Source: the human T2T-CHM13v2.0 reference genome, Homo sapiens. From it: DNA of 64,000 bases. The stretch lies in NCBI RefSeq assembly GCF_009914755.1, contig NC_060937.1; one strand, 5' to 3'. Below, one piece after another: positions 12,111-26,672 of this stretch. Under the pieces are notes generated by a model that was given only the letters and a program-made list of their open reading frames with translations, ran no database searches and had not been told where the DNA came from. How positions within the stretch are numbered: position 1 is the stretch's first letter; each line of letters opens with the position of its first letter. Both the position numbers and the translations under genes were made by a program.

Positions 12111-15100
12111 AATTCAAAAAATTTAAAATTTACGTCTTGTGAGATAGAATGAATTTTGCATCTTCATATACCATTCAAGGGAGTATAAAATTACAATGCT
12201 GCTTGATTATTTTGACAATATGTCTCCAGCAATGATGAGTTTACAGAACCTTGGATAGATAGAACATATGACATTACTATCTTAAGCTGAATTTAATTTG
12301 TTTCCATGCTCCCTTTTCTGCTGTTGGTAGGAACCATTTACACTTGTCACTTCAAGTTCCCACATTTACTTCTGGTTTTTAAGTTGTTTTCTATGAACTA
12401 AATATTTAATTATATTCAGTTTTGTTCTCCCTTCCTCTTTCCGTTGTTTATGGCTGGGTGGCCTCCAAGGACAAGCAGTTTATGTAATATTTTGAATAAG
12501 CAAGATGCATAGGATATAAAAAAAGACTTAAATTTTTGTCTCCTGCTGTTCCTTTAAAATGTGTTCTGTGGAGGAAATGCCTCCCCTACTCCTGATTGAA
12601 AACTCCAGTGGTCCTATTTCCTACTCACTCTTGGATAATAAAATTCCTTCAGTTGAGTCAAGAGGAAAATACAGATTTGATTCTTTGAATAGTCTTCCCT
12701 ATCATTCCCATCCTGCCTTGCCTTGCACTTTGACTCCTGTTTCTCATCTTACTAATCATTGGTAACTAATAGAGAATTAAAGAGAGAGTGTGGGGGCGGC
12801 TAATGTTCTTACCTGACTTATTCTAACATGCCTGGACCTGGCAGGTGCTTGGAGCTGAGTTTTGCTCTTAGGAGGAACATGTGATCTCATCAGTTTGGGG
12901 AACTCCCTTAAAGCTCCCTTGACTTGGGCAAAGCATTCTTCACTAATTCTGTGCTTTGCTGCCTCTGTAACCCTGCAGATCAGAAATTCACCCTTAGCTT
13001 CTGGCTGTTCAGGCTCTATCACCCTCTAAGTGGCCCATTTGGGAAGAGTCCAGGGAAATAGTCCTGCCAGCTGTCTCAGGAGGAGTACCCAAATCTCGTA
13101 GGGACAGGTAATTCTAGACCCAACAAACTCTGGGAAAACAAACCCACTGTTATGGCAGCTTCCCTCTAATCTGCAGCCTTAGCAACTAAACTGCTTATTC
13201 CTCTCTGTTTCATACATAAGTCAAGCCTCTCTACTCACTAATGCTGGGATTCACGTTCAGTTCTTTGGAACATCCAATTAAAGTCTGTCTAACTGAAACT
13301 GGAAGAAAAAGATAAGTCTTGGCCACTCTTCTACCTTGGGTATGGGGAGGATGCTAAAAATATAACAGCAGCTCCTCACAGAAACTGTATTCAGAGACTC
13401 TCTCAAATCTCCAAAAACCTAATGTGGATAAATTTCCTAACTCACTTCTAAGCCCCTTCTTGGAAACTGTAATGCGGTTTATCTAACTCTCTTTGGAATA
13501 TAGCATCTCTCATCTTCATTCCTCAGCCGAAAACAAGGCAAGAAGAATCCTATTTGAATACCCCGTTGGAATATGAAAGTACTATCATGGCAGCACAAGT
13601 TAAGAACACTGTTCTGTAGATCCGCATCAGGCCCGGCTCCTTGAGGCAGGCCTTCACTGAGCTCCCTCTGTTCAGGTCTGTGCTCCTTGCCTTACATCCT
13701 GTTTTCACCCCCACTGCACCCGGAACTGAGGCTTCTGCTCATCTGTCATCCTCTTGTCATGTCTGCAACTCCCCACGGAGATTTCAAAAATTTACCCATA
13801 GCCACAGGAAATAAGTAGGGTGGGTTTGGTTACTAGTATCCCCCATGGTTTTAGTCCCTTTCCTCCTGTCTCTTCTCACTTGTTTATAGCATTCTTATGT
13901 TTTCTTGGTAGAAAGACTGATAAAACATCCATCTCTATTCCTGTCTTATTACTTGATTTAATTAACATGAGAATTGAAAAACCAGCTCGTTTTCTCTTGA
14001 CTTTAGATGTGCTCTGCTTAAAGACATTTATATTTAGTTTGCATGAAAAGCTAAATGTTTAATTCTGCTTCCTGAAAGAATCAGCCCTTAAGACCTCAAA
14101 GGTCAGTTGTTATAGTAGTTGAAATAATGAGTATTACTGGGAATTATACATCATAAAAATTTCCAAAACTAATATCCCAATACTTATATAATAACATTTG
14201 TGTGACTAAACATCAGAACATTATAACCATGTTGTAAGCATCTTTCTTATTTAAAATTAGAAAGTCATTAAATTACATATGTTTGAAATTATATGGAAAG
14301 AATTATGATGTATTATTAAATGGAAAAACTAGAAAAGTGACAACTGAACACTAGTTACCAAATAATTTTGTGATTTTTTGTTCTTTTTCAGTCTTTGTCA
14401 ATTTTGCTAGCATAACCTCAAGTGACAAACTATTTAGAATCATACAATCTTACAATCCTTCTATTCAGTGTGTTACATGTTGCAAGGCAATCAAAAGCTC
14501 AAGAATGCATTTGAAGTCAGACTTCTCAGATAAGTTTCTACATTGTAATAAGAAATTAAATATTACATAGTAATTATTGGTGTTGTGAATGGATTGGTAG
14601 CTCTTGGTGTAGTGAATGGTTCAGTTTCTAAAAGGATAATGCCTTCACCTTAATAGGAAAAAAAAATCTCTGTAGAGTGTGCATTACTCATCTAAATAAG
14701 GATTTAGAAATTGATTTCTGCCAGCTTTAAAGAAATGATTAAGAGAGAGAATATTTAATTACCACTAATTATACCAGTAAGCATAATGATGTATGGGTGA
14801 ATAGGAAAACTTTACTGCTTTCATATTAAAAAGACATTAACTCATGACACATTTTGCATCTGATGATATAGTGCTTTATGTAAATATTGGAAAAAATAGC
14901 TTATTAGTTAAATTTTAATAAAGGTTTGGAGAACAAAAGGATCATTAACAATAATTATGAAAACTACAGAATAATTGAAAAGAGCATATGATTAAATATT
15001 GCATAAAACATAGGATAAAATGGTATATCTAAATCTTAAGTGCAATGTCATTTGTAAATGTCGGCATCTCTACCTGGCATTTGTTATACTGTTGTAAATG

Positions 15101-16719
15101 GTGTGAGATAGGTATACAAATGAAAATATCTATTGAGGTTTTGCCATATGTCCAGTATTTGTAGTCAGGCTTTTTTCCCAAAAGAATTACAGCTTTAATG
15201 TAATAAATGTAAAAGAAGAAGATAAGGAAAATACCTGCCTATATTTGAGGGAGAAAAAGAAGCAAAACTTCTCTGCCCTTTTCCTTCCAGTACTTCTCTG
15301 CAGGTCCTTGTACTGCCATGGACCTTGGAGCTACCTTATAACATCTGATTTATATTTGGTTTCTAGTATTTCACAAGTGCATTATAACTAGAAGCAGAGC
15401 CAAAATCTTATTAGTGGAGATGCTATGCAGTGAAATGTCAACACAGGGCATTCGTGTTTTACTTTTATTGCTTTAATAGATAGTACATTTTGTGACAACA
15501 TGGTCTATTTGAATAATGTGACATTTAGGGGAAGTTTTAAAATTGATTTTATTCAATTGATATTAATGTTGGGTTAAGACCTGATATAATAAAGAAAATA
15601 GATGTGCCATTCTCTAGCTTTCTTTCAGAGTGAAGGAGTTTGAGCCAGGAGGCCAAGAAAAACTGAAAGGATCTTTATATTTAGCATTAATGCCATGCAT
15701 TTGAGCTCACGTGTTTTCAGTGCATACTTAATGTGTTCATTTGAACAGAGCAATTGGTAGCTACCAATAAATTACAGCCTAGAGAGTAACAAGTCATGAA
15801 TTCAGACAATTGCATCATAGTAGAAATGGATTGGGATTTCCGTATCCTATTACTTACAAGTGATTTAATGTATACAGAGTTATTCAAACACATTTCACAC
15901 AATATATAACTTCAAGTTAAAAGTAATGTAAATATGCTTCTTGCAAAGTCTTGAGAAAAACTAAAAAAGGTTGAGACTAAAGAATTGAGAATTAGTTCCT
16001 GTTAGCTCTTTCTCATCATGTGCTTCATTAGTTTATCCTTTGAGTAGGCTAAGCCTTGAATCAAGCTATTCTTGTCTTTTTATCCCGGTATTACTCTCTA
16101 TCCTACCATTTCCATACTCTTTAGCTATTAGCACGGACCGAATATTTTATACATTGTCATAAAGATGGAACACCTTGGTTTATATTTTTATGACATAGAG
16201 AGTAGCCATCTTAACTCACTGTGGAGAAGTTCAAAGTCTCTCTTCATTGTACAGAAAAATGAAAACTGGAAACAATATTACTCTAAATTATAGAATAATA
16301 ATGTTATTATATTTGTAAATTATTAGAGAATTATAGAATTATAAATGATACAACAGAAGAAAAGGAAACAAATTTATCATGTGTAAATCATGTGAATAAA
16401 AGTTGTCACTTGGATACTGTTTAAATATTTACATATTAAAATGGAAACACAGGCTACTCAGAGCACAGACGCATCCTTGAGTTGAAGCAACACACTTCAT
16501 ACTCCCATTGCAAACGTGCTTCCCACTCAGCTGGGAAAGTCAACATCAGTATCTTAGGACATGTGTTTCCTTCTTTTTCCTCTCCAATACAGTATTTATT
16601 TGTATCACTTTTCCTCTCTTGTTTCTATTTTTTAAGAAGAAAGATTCTGCTCTCTAAGGATAATATTCCCTTCTTAGATCATTTACATTTCTTCTTGTCC
16701 TGTCTTCCAGGAAGTATAG

Positions 16720-16860
16720 TATAATATATAGTGGGGTAGAAGGTAGGGAACTGAGCTTCAGAGTCAGATAATCCTTCAAATATTAGCTGTGTTATACTGA
16801 CAAAGGTATTTATTATTCCCATTTATAAATGGGGACAAAATATTAACCCATAGTGTTCAA
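16720..16860 (+). mobile_element. MIR fragment
   Basis: 'agagtcagata...tagctgtgt...cccatttataaatggggacaaaat'. Confidence 0.55.
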
Positions 16861-17059
16861 TTTTTACCTTGTACCTTAAGAATCCATTTTGGCTTAAAGT
16901 CATCTGAAAATGTTTTCTTGTATTATCGGCCATATCACCGATAAAAATCTTTAAAGGTTCAGGCCAAAGATTGAGGTAAGTGACTAGCAACTGGGTTTTT
17001 CCCTGGAAATGGAAAATCATTCATTGGTGGGAGCAGTATTAGGAATTGCTGCGATAATT

Positions 17060-17260
17060 TCACAGAATGGTGACTATAATCAATAATAATGAATTGTATG
17101 TCTCAAAATTCCACATTCAAAAGCATTTGGAGTGATGGATTTGTTAATCAGATTGATTTAATTACTTCACATTGTAAACATACAGAAAACATCACATTAT
17201 ATCCCATAAATAAACATAATTATTTGTCATTTAAAAATAAAATTTTAAAAATAAAAGAAA
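17060..17260 (+). mobile_element. L1MA 3' end
   Basis: 'ggtgactata...gtgatggatttgttaat...aacatcacattatatcccataaata' followed by an A-rich tail. Confidence 0.75.
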
Positions 17261-17632
17261 ATTTTGTCTAATTCCAGAGGCTATCATATTTAAAAGTACT
17301 ATCAACCCTATGATATTCCCTTTTGTATGCTAGTCTAAATTATCAGGTCAGCTCAGTAGAGAGTAAATATACTAATATACTAATAACAAGAAAATTAATA
17401 AATGAAACAAGATGTTAGAAGCTGGCTGTAACATTTTTAAAATTATTTTTTAAAGACTATTATGAACTACCTTGTAAGAGTAAACCCAAGGCAACAAAAT
17501 AGTTACTGGAAATAGGCAAAAGAGAGGTGAGCCCAGCATTTAGCACCATATTTTGCTTTAAGGTGTTTTCCCAAACTGTGCCTAAATGGTGGTTTTCATT
17601 AGTTTTTGGGTTTGCAATGGAGTTGCAAGAAG

Positions 17633-17658
17633 CACACACACATACACACACACACACA
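17633..17658. repeat. (CA)n microsatellite
   Basis: Interrupted CA run. Confidence 0.85.
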
Positions 17659-17689
17659 AGCAAAGCAATGAAAAAATGGAGCAAGGAGA

Positions 17690-17774
17690 GCTTTGCTTGT
17701 ACGTTTTGTCCAATTCTTTGTTCAAAACACCAAGAACCTGGATGACTTACAGTCAAGACCCTCCACTAGTAACA
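17690..17774 (+). mobile_element. ERV1 (MER4-group) LTR 3' terminal fragment
   Basis: 'ttttgtccaattctttgttcaaaacaccaagaacctgga...accctccactagtaaca' is typical of a MER4-group U5 end. Confidence 0.7.
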
Positions 17775-18003
17775 ATGGGAGCTGCTGAGTTCAACCTATG
17801 TTGTTCTTGTCTAGTTTTTTTTTTTTCTTATTTCTTCTACAATACTGAGAAGTATATAGGATAATTTCCAATAATATGGATTTTTCCCATCTTTTGTTAC
17901 TAATTTATAGCTCAATAGCAACATGTTCATGCTTTATGCTCTGTAGGATTTAAGTCCTTTCAAATTATTGAAACTTTTTTTTGTGTCTTGTATATGTTTA
18001 GGG

Positions 18004-18071
<68 letters not shown>
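18004..18071. repeat. Compound (TC)n(TG)n microsatellite
   Basis: About 12 TC units followed by about 22 TG units. Confidence 0.97.
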
Positions 18072-18073
<2 letters not shown>

Positions 18074-18074
18074 G

Positions 18075-18919
18075 CAACTCCATTGCATTCCAGGTTCAAG
18101 GCTGCACGGAAATGTAGAGAGCAGAGATTTGAGGCAGTTTAGGGCATGAATGGTGAGGTCCCATGAGCACCTTTCTGAAAACTTTGCCCTCAAGAGCCTA
18201 CCTTTCTTGGAAAATTTTTGAAATGCCTTTGGTGTCATTCTCCCATTGTCTTAATGAATAGAACATGACTTCCTTCCATCCATATTAATCTCTTAGCAAA
18301 CAGATGCTTGGCCATACCCTTAGTATTCTCTCAAACAGTTTTAAAATTCTTTATATGGCCAGGGTGAGAATTTTCCAAATTGCTTCCCTTTTAATTTATA
18401 AATTCCATCTTTAAATTCTCACCTCTCACTTTTTACTATATCCAGTTAAAAGAAGCCACACAGCTGCTTCAATATTTTGCTGAGAAATTTCTTTCTCCAG
18501 ATAGTTTAGTTCATCACTCTTAAATTCTGCCTTTCATAAAGCCTTTGGGGATAGATACAATTTAGCCAAATTATTTGCCACTTTGTAACAAAAATGGTCT
18601 TTCTTCACTCCATTTTTCAGTAAGATTTTCCTCATTTATCTCTAAGACCTTTTTGGAATGGCCTTTCCTGTCCACATTTCTACCAATATTCTGATAACAA
18701 TGACTTAAGTAATCTCTAAGATGATTCAGAATTTCCCTACAGCTGTTCTCTTCTGAACTCTCACCAGAATCCCCATTAGTGCCTCATTCATGGAAATAGA
18801 GGCTTTTTGCAGCCTGCTTCTCCAAGCCCTTTCAGTCTCTGCCCATTACCCAGCTCCAAAGTTGCTTCCATATTTTCAGGTATTTGTTATAGCAGCGCCC
18901 CACTTCTCCAGTACCAATT
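18075..18919 (-). mobile_element. MaLR (MST-type) internal sequence, 5' portion
   Basis: 'cccattacccagctccaaagttgcttccatattttcaggtat...ccagtaccaatt' directly abuts the LTR. Confidence 0.85.
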
Positions 18920-19320
18920 TGTCTTAGTCCATTTTGTGCTGCTGTTAGAGAATACCTCAGACCCTGGATAATTTACAGTGAACCAAAACTTACTGGCTTA
19001 TGGTTCTGGAGGGTGAGAAATTCAAGATCAAGGGGCCAGCACCTGGCAAGGGGCTTCTTGCTACATCATCCCCAAAGGTGAAGGTGAAAGGGCAAAGAGA
19101 AGGTGAAAGAGAAAGCAAGAGGGGACTGAACTTGCTGTTTTATAACAAACCCACCCCCGTAATAACGAACACACTCCCTTAACAATAGCATTAATCCATT
19201 TATTGGGATAAAACCCTCATAGCCTAATTGCCTCTCATTAGTCCCCACCTCCCAGCACTGTTACATTGGGGATTAAGTTTCCAGTGCATATTTTTTAGGG
19301 GACGCATTTAAAGCATAACT
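18920..19320 (-). mobile_element. MaLR 5' LTR (MSTC/MSTD-like)
   Basis: Starts 'tgtcttagtccattttgtgctgct'; contains 'caagatcaaggggccagca' and 'attggggattaagtttcca'. Confidence 0.85.
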
Positions 19321-19369
19321 GGGTTCTTCTCACCCCTATTTTCAACTTCTTTTTTCTTTATCTTTGTTT

Positions 19370-19830
19370 TTAGCCGTTTGATTCTAAGATGTTTGAGTGT
19401 GATTATCTTCCAGTTGATACGGATTAGAGTTCACTTTATTTCTTAGATTTTTAGATTTTTAAATCTAAGTATTTTACTCTGAATGGGAAGATTTTAAGGA
19501 TAATTTATTTATCACCTGATTTTCTGGCTAGAGGAAGATGCTCTCTTCTGGAGCTTTTTCTAACTACATCCATTCAGACTTCCAGGATTTAAGTTTACTT
19601 AAAGCCCCATATAGGATATAGGAAGCAAAAAAAATAAGACAAAACAGAAAACATCGGAGAATTCACTGCTGAGTCATCCCTCAGGTCCTGTGTTCCCTAG
19701 CCAGTCTATTTGCTGTTACGTACCTTTCAGAGTCTTCTGATGGAAGCTATGTATATTATCTCCAAGTCTTATAATCAAAGGGAGAGATTGGGTGGAATGT
19801 GCTTATTTCACTGTAGTTGGAAACTAAGTT
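19370..19830 (-). mobile_element. Old L1M 5'-end remnant
   Basis: Resembles the reverse strand of an L1M 5'UTR/ORF1 region; highly diverged. Confidence 0.45.
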
Positions 19831-20419
19831 AACTTTTAATGACACTAACTTAGCATCTTAAGTTTCAAATATCATTAGCAGAAATAACATTTTTGGCGTT
19901 TTCCCATAAATTAAATGTCATTTTAGTTTTAAGAAATGAAGACACAAATTATTTGATTCTTACTAATGATAGTGTAATTAAAAACATCAGTGACCAGACA
20001 TCTATTTTCAAACATAGAAAGAAAAACACAATTTTTTTTTTTTGTTAAATAAAAAACTTAATGACACGGAGCACTGCAAAAACAGAAGTTTGGTTTTTGA
20101 AGGTTCAATTTTGCTTTTTGTGTCCTCCCACCAAAACTTTATTTCTACAAATATCAGAGCTATTTTTTCTTTGCTAAAATTGAGTCTTTTATTGCTTTAG
20201 CTTCATGCAATTTTGCTTCCTTTCTTCTGCACAATTCATTTCTTTCTCGGAGTTCTAATAAGCATACATGTAAACTTCAAATAAAATATTGCCTAGCTTA
20301 AAAACAACTAATCAAACATACGTTCTTTTTTAATATAATGTTTCCTCCATACATCCTGGCTATTATTTTACCTCCCTAGTCTTCATAGCAAGGCTTTTTT
20401 TGTTTTTAAGATTTTGCTA

Positions 20420-21320
20420 GATTATATACTCTTTATTATCTTCCAGTTTTTCTTTAACCTGTTCTCAATCATTACCACTTCAGAATTTTCTCATAATAAT
20501 TTCCATCCTGTACATCCATGAGAAAATGTCTTCCTTAATTTTATTTGACTCAGCAGCCCTCTACAATACTGAACATTCTGTTCTTTGTATTTCTTTTCTT
20601 GGCTTCTGCCATACCACACTGTCCGGGTTTTTCATTCTGTTTCATTGGCTGATCTTTCTCAGAATCCTTGGTTACTCCTCATTATACAGTTTCCAAATCT
20701 TAGTAAAACCTGGGACTTGATCCTGAGACTTCCTTTTCTTCACATTCTTCTTAATTTCATGCTTTTTAAAATTAAGTCATGTCTCTAATAACATATTTTA
20801 TGGATTCCACATTGCCTAGAATATGGCAAACTGCATTCTGTGAACTGGCTTACTCTTTTTTTGTAAATAAAGTTTTATTGGAATACATTCACACTTGTTC
20901 ATTTACACATTGTCACACTGCTTTGACTACAGTACAGAATTGGGTAGTTCTGACAGAGGCCAAATTAAAATATTTACTATCTGACCCTATAAGAAGAAAA
21001 CTCCCAACCCCTAGAATAGAATAAAAAATTTTTAGCAGGATATAGGCTTTTCATGACCTGTTTCTTAACACTCTTCTGAGATTTATCTCACAGTTATATT
21101 TTTAGTCTAATAGTGCCAAAGAACTTGTGGTTCCTTGAATGTTTTACATCTTTGTGCTTATAACTTTTTGAGTATCATATGCTTTCAGAAACTGTAGTCA
21201 CTCAGAAAATTATATTTTTACCCTTCAAAACACAATGGATAAGGCACCTTAATTTCAGGACTTAAAAAAAAAATCGCAAATGATTCTTACTATTTATGTG
21301 CTATCACGTAAACTGTTCTA
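20420..21320 (+). mobile_element. L2 LINE remnant, interrupted by MER58
   Basis: 'ttatttgactcagcagcc...cttggcttctgccataccacactgtccgggttt...cattggctgatctttctcag' resembles the L2 RT region. Confidence 0.65.
20815..21013. mobile_element. MER58A-like hAT-Charlie MITE
   Basis: 'ttttgtaaataaagttttattggaa' and 'aaaatatttactatctgaccct...caacccct'. Confidence 0.85.
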
Positions 21321-21539
21321 ATATTGTATATAGCTCACTGTATTTTAATTACTCGATTTCACTCAACTTTTTGAAATTTCAAAAAAAGGTAAAAAGGAAA
21401 TTAAAAATTCTCCCAAATATTACTATTTTCATTTTGACATATATAAAGTACAAATTATTCTTCCCATTTCAGCCCTTTGATTTGGTATATATCTCTTTCT
21501 ATACTTTTTTTTTCTCATGGAAAAATGATATAGGCACAG

Positions 21540-22852
<1,313 letters not shown>

Positions 22853-23374
22853 CGAAGGGATCCTTTGACCTAAATCCTAACCCCATTACAGCCTCTGAGT
22901 CTTCTCGTCTTGTGGAACACAGAAGTCTGCCAAAGCTAGAGCAGGATTTTGGTTTTCGTTTGTTTTGTATTCCTTGTTTTCTTGCTTTATAGAAGAGCTC
23001 ATGGCTAGGATGGGTGATTTTAGTACTAGACATTATCAGCATTTCTCATTTATGTTGCTAATTAGTAAGCATCCCTACCAAAGTCTATTTCAATGCAAGT
23101 AACCTGTAGTTATATCCTCCGAGTGATTTTGTCATGTGGAGACCCTTGTACTTTTCTGATCCCAGCAAGCTCACATGGGAACTGTGGTTCAGGGAAGGGT
23201 AAGGAGGGTGGTGGGGAAGGGGAGGCTCCCACATGTCCTCAGGCACATATTACAGAAATAGGAACATAGGGATCATGATGGGAATTTGAAACTTGTTGAT
23301 TGTAGTGAGCAAATCATGTAAGAAGGAGATACTTGAATGGCAAATGGAATGTAATGGTTCTTCCCATTATATAT

Positions 23375-23760
23375 TGATAAGATTTGGATCTGTGTCCCAG
23401 CCCAAATCTCATGTTGAATTGTAATCCCCACTGTTGGAGGTGGGTCTCCGTGGGAAGTGATTGGAACATAGGGGTGGATTTCCCCCTCCATGCCGCTCTT
23501 GTGACAGTGAGTGTATTCTCATGAGATCTGGTTGTTTAAAAGTGTGTAGCACCTCCACACCTCTCTCTTTCTCCTGCTCCTGTGTAAAGTGCTGGCTCCC
23601 CCTTCACTTTCTGCCGTGATTGTAAGTTTGTGGAGGTCTCCTCAGAAGTCAGGCAGATGAGTCTTTTACAGCCTGTGGAACCGTGAGCCAGTTAAACCTC
23701 TTTTCTTTGTAAGTTACCCAGTCTCAAGTATTTATACCAATGCAAGAACAGAGTAATACA
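23375..23760 (+). mobile_element. MSTA-like MaLR solo LTR
   Basis: tgata...taataca termini; perfect 5-bp TSD tatat (23370-23374 and 23761-23765). Confidence 0.92.
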
Positions 23761-26324
23761 TATATCTAGAAAATGTGGACTCTTAAAAATTACTCCTCAT
23801 TAGGTAGTAACAAATAACATGAATTGCAAATAAGAGGATAATATGAAAATATCTTTGTTTTTATAGGTTGCTGTTTCATAATAGAAAATCCCTACATGCA
23901 GATTCTGAAATCAGTTCATTTATTTAAATCCTTTTCTGGGCAGATCAAGAAAGCTAAACTCCTTTTTAAAAATATAGACATTAGAGTTACATTTGCAAAG
24001 ATAACAGCCTTGGATCTCTTCTATGCTTATATAATACATAATCTTGCTTTGTATTTGAATATGAAAGAGCTATTTTATTTTTGTTGGCTTATGTGTGGTC
24101 TTTATGAACCATGCTCAAGCACACTACCTTTAGAAATATTTGGTTTGGCCTTCAAAAAGACATAGAGGCTCTATGAGGTCTACTGGGAGTTTGGGAGCTG
24201 ACCTATCACTTGATGTAAACTATTGTTTCCAGGGCGCCCACAGAAACAATTTAGAGCCCAATTCCCTGGAGCTTCACTGCTGTGAGATAAGTATGTGATT
24301 TCTCCTTTGTTTCTGAACAATGTCCAAGTAACTTTCTATGTAGAGCAATGCCAGGGCATGCCATCTACTATGCCTTGCCAAAGGTGATATTTTTGGGGAG
24401 ACATGGAACATGTTGTACAGTCATTTGTAGCTTCACATTTTAACTAAGTGTAGAAGGAGAACTACCTGTTACTTCTAGCAAAAATATTTTCCCAGGGATC
24501 ATGATAAATGAATAATCTGTTTCTAACTCCACCCTTTTATGGCTTATACCTTACTTGTTAATGCCCTTGGGACATGTTTTCCATGAACCAGAGTCTTTTA
24601 CAACTTATTATATATTTCCAGGTATAAAGTTAGCTGCTAAAGCCACCTTTTTGAGAAAGAGATTGGTGACAAAGAATACTATAGGAATATCATGCAGCAA
24701 CTTATATATGAAATAAAAAGAGAAAGTTATAAGTTGTAATCCTCTAAATATATTAATAGGCACGTTTAGTAAGGATGTAAGGCATAATGATATTCCTCTG
24801 AGATAAAGAAATCCAGGGTGGAGTTGTGAATGAAGCTGGAGAGGAGAAAGGAGAGTCAGAAAGAAGGTAGAGCTCTAGAGATAAATGAAAATGGTGAGTA
24901 GGAGTTCAGCAATGCTTAGTGTATGTGACTAGGTAAGTAGGAAAGAAATTACACTGCAGAAATGATTTCTTATCCTCCAGTATAAATATGGTCTGAGTAA
25001 TGTTTCTTAGGCAGTAATAAGATGACTGTAAATAAATTGAAAATACAAAATGAAGATAAGATTAAGCATAAGTAAAAAAATAAAGCCTCAAATCAGCAAC
25101 ATTGAGCCTAATAGGATGACGGGAGTCAATCATCTGATTGTTTATTTTGGGGCTCAAAGTCTTATTTGGCAAACCTACATCCTTTCCATTCTGATTGTCA
25201 CCTTTATTCACTATACTCAGCCAGTGATGGCAGGGATGGGCACCTGCATCTCTAAACTAGTTAGTAAGTTTCCTAACATGTCATGATTAACATTTGAATA
25301 AAGTTCTTTCATTTAAAATGCAATTTGACTAGTTGATCCTAATATACCCTTCCCACATTTTTTTAGCCAATATTTACCTGTAAAAATCTAAGGATGGAAG
25401 GGAAGAAGAAAGGTAGAAACACAGGAAAGAAGGGAAAGTCACATCATCATAGAACACATAGGCTGGCTGAGAGTCAGCCTACTGCATTCCTGAGAGGAAT
25501 ATCCACTAGCCATGAGGTACTTGGGGCTACATTGAGAAAACTGCCTATGATGTAACCATCTAGCAATGTTTTGATTTATGAAATAGAATTGATATTTCTA
25601 TTTGAAAGACAATAGGAAGATAGTGATTCTGCCATCACAGCCACTGAGTACCCTACTAACTTGTCAGAGGACCGGACAGGTGCAGGAGAAATCACAAGTC
25701 CTGCACAGTCAAGACTCTGTGAAGGAATGGCATTGGAAAGTGTAATTATCAGTCTCTTGCCCCATTGTGTAATGAAAAGTTCAACCCGGGCCTGGGACCT
25801 ACCTGGCCATTGATCAAAGCCAAAAATTGATGTTAATGTTACATAGCCCCCACCTTGTTGACAACGAGAAAAGTAATGGATCCCAATACCATGGAGCTTA
25901 AAAGCATGTATTACAGAACAAAGTGGAATAATTAGAATCTGTGAGACTTGGAGAAATATAAACTTTCATAAATGATATTCTATAGAACACATTAGAAAAC
26001 AATTTGACAATCCTGATAGGATGCTGGAGACATAGCATGGCCTCAAATTGAGAAGGATAGAAAGCCATATAGTGGCAAAAATATAACAACATGAAAATGA
26101 GCGATGAGAGAGTAAAGCAAGTCAACTTGTGAAAGAGAAATTGGAGAGCTTAACTGGTGGGGACCCTGGGAGAGGTGACACCACCAAATTTCCTTTGAGA
26201 TTTGGTGGTAATTTACTTGAAAATAAATTTACTTGAAAATAAACAGGACTTTTTCTTGTTGTTTTGATTTCTTCTTAGTCACAATGTTTCCTTTATTTTT
26301 AAATTTAAAATAACATTAAAATAT

Positions 26325-26435
26325 CTCTGGACCACAGACTTATCTTGTTTAATACAGTATTCCCAATTCCCAGCACCATGACTAGATACTGTAAGTATCC
26401 TGCAACTATCTATTGAATTAATCAATGGATGATGA
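26325..26435 (+). mobile_element. L2 3' end
   Basis: 'gtattcccaattcccagcacc...tattgaattaatcaatggatg'. Confidence 0.6.
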
Positions 26436-26479
26436 TTTTTACACTATCAAAATAGGCCTGAAGCAATAACTCCACAGCT

Positions 26480-26672
26480 GGTCAGTCTGAGTCCATCTCT
26501 AATCTCCATACTCATTAGCTATGGCCAGTGACCTCTTATGCATCAGTTTTCACATTTGTAAACAGGGATAATAATAATATCTTTTAAGTATGTTATGAGA
26601 TTTACAGGGATAAGGTGTGTAAAGTGTTTGTTCTAATAATAAGTGCAGAATAAATGTTAGCAATTGTCATTA
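26480..26672 (+). mobile_element. MIR
   Basis: 'catcagttttcacatttgtaaacagggataataata...gttatgagattta...aataaatgttagc'. Confidence 0.75.

Noticed and set aside
26210-26241. 16-bp tandem duplication aatttacttgaaaata x2
   Set aside because: Ordinary slippage or repair duplication with no further structure.
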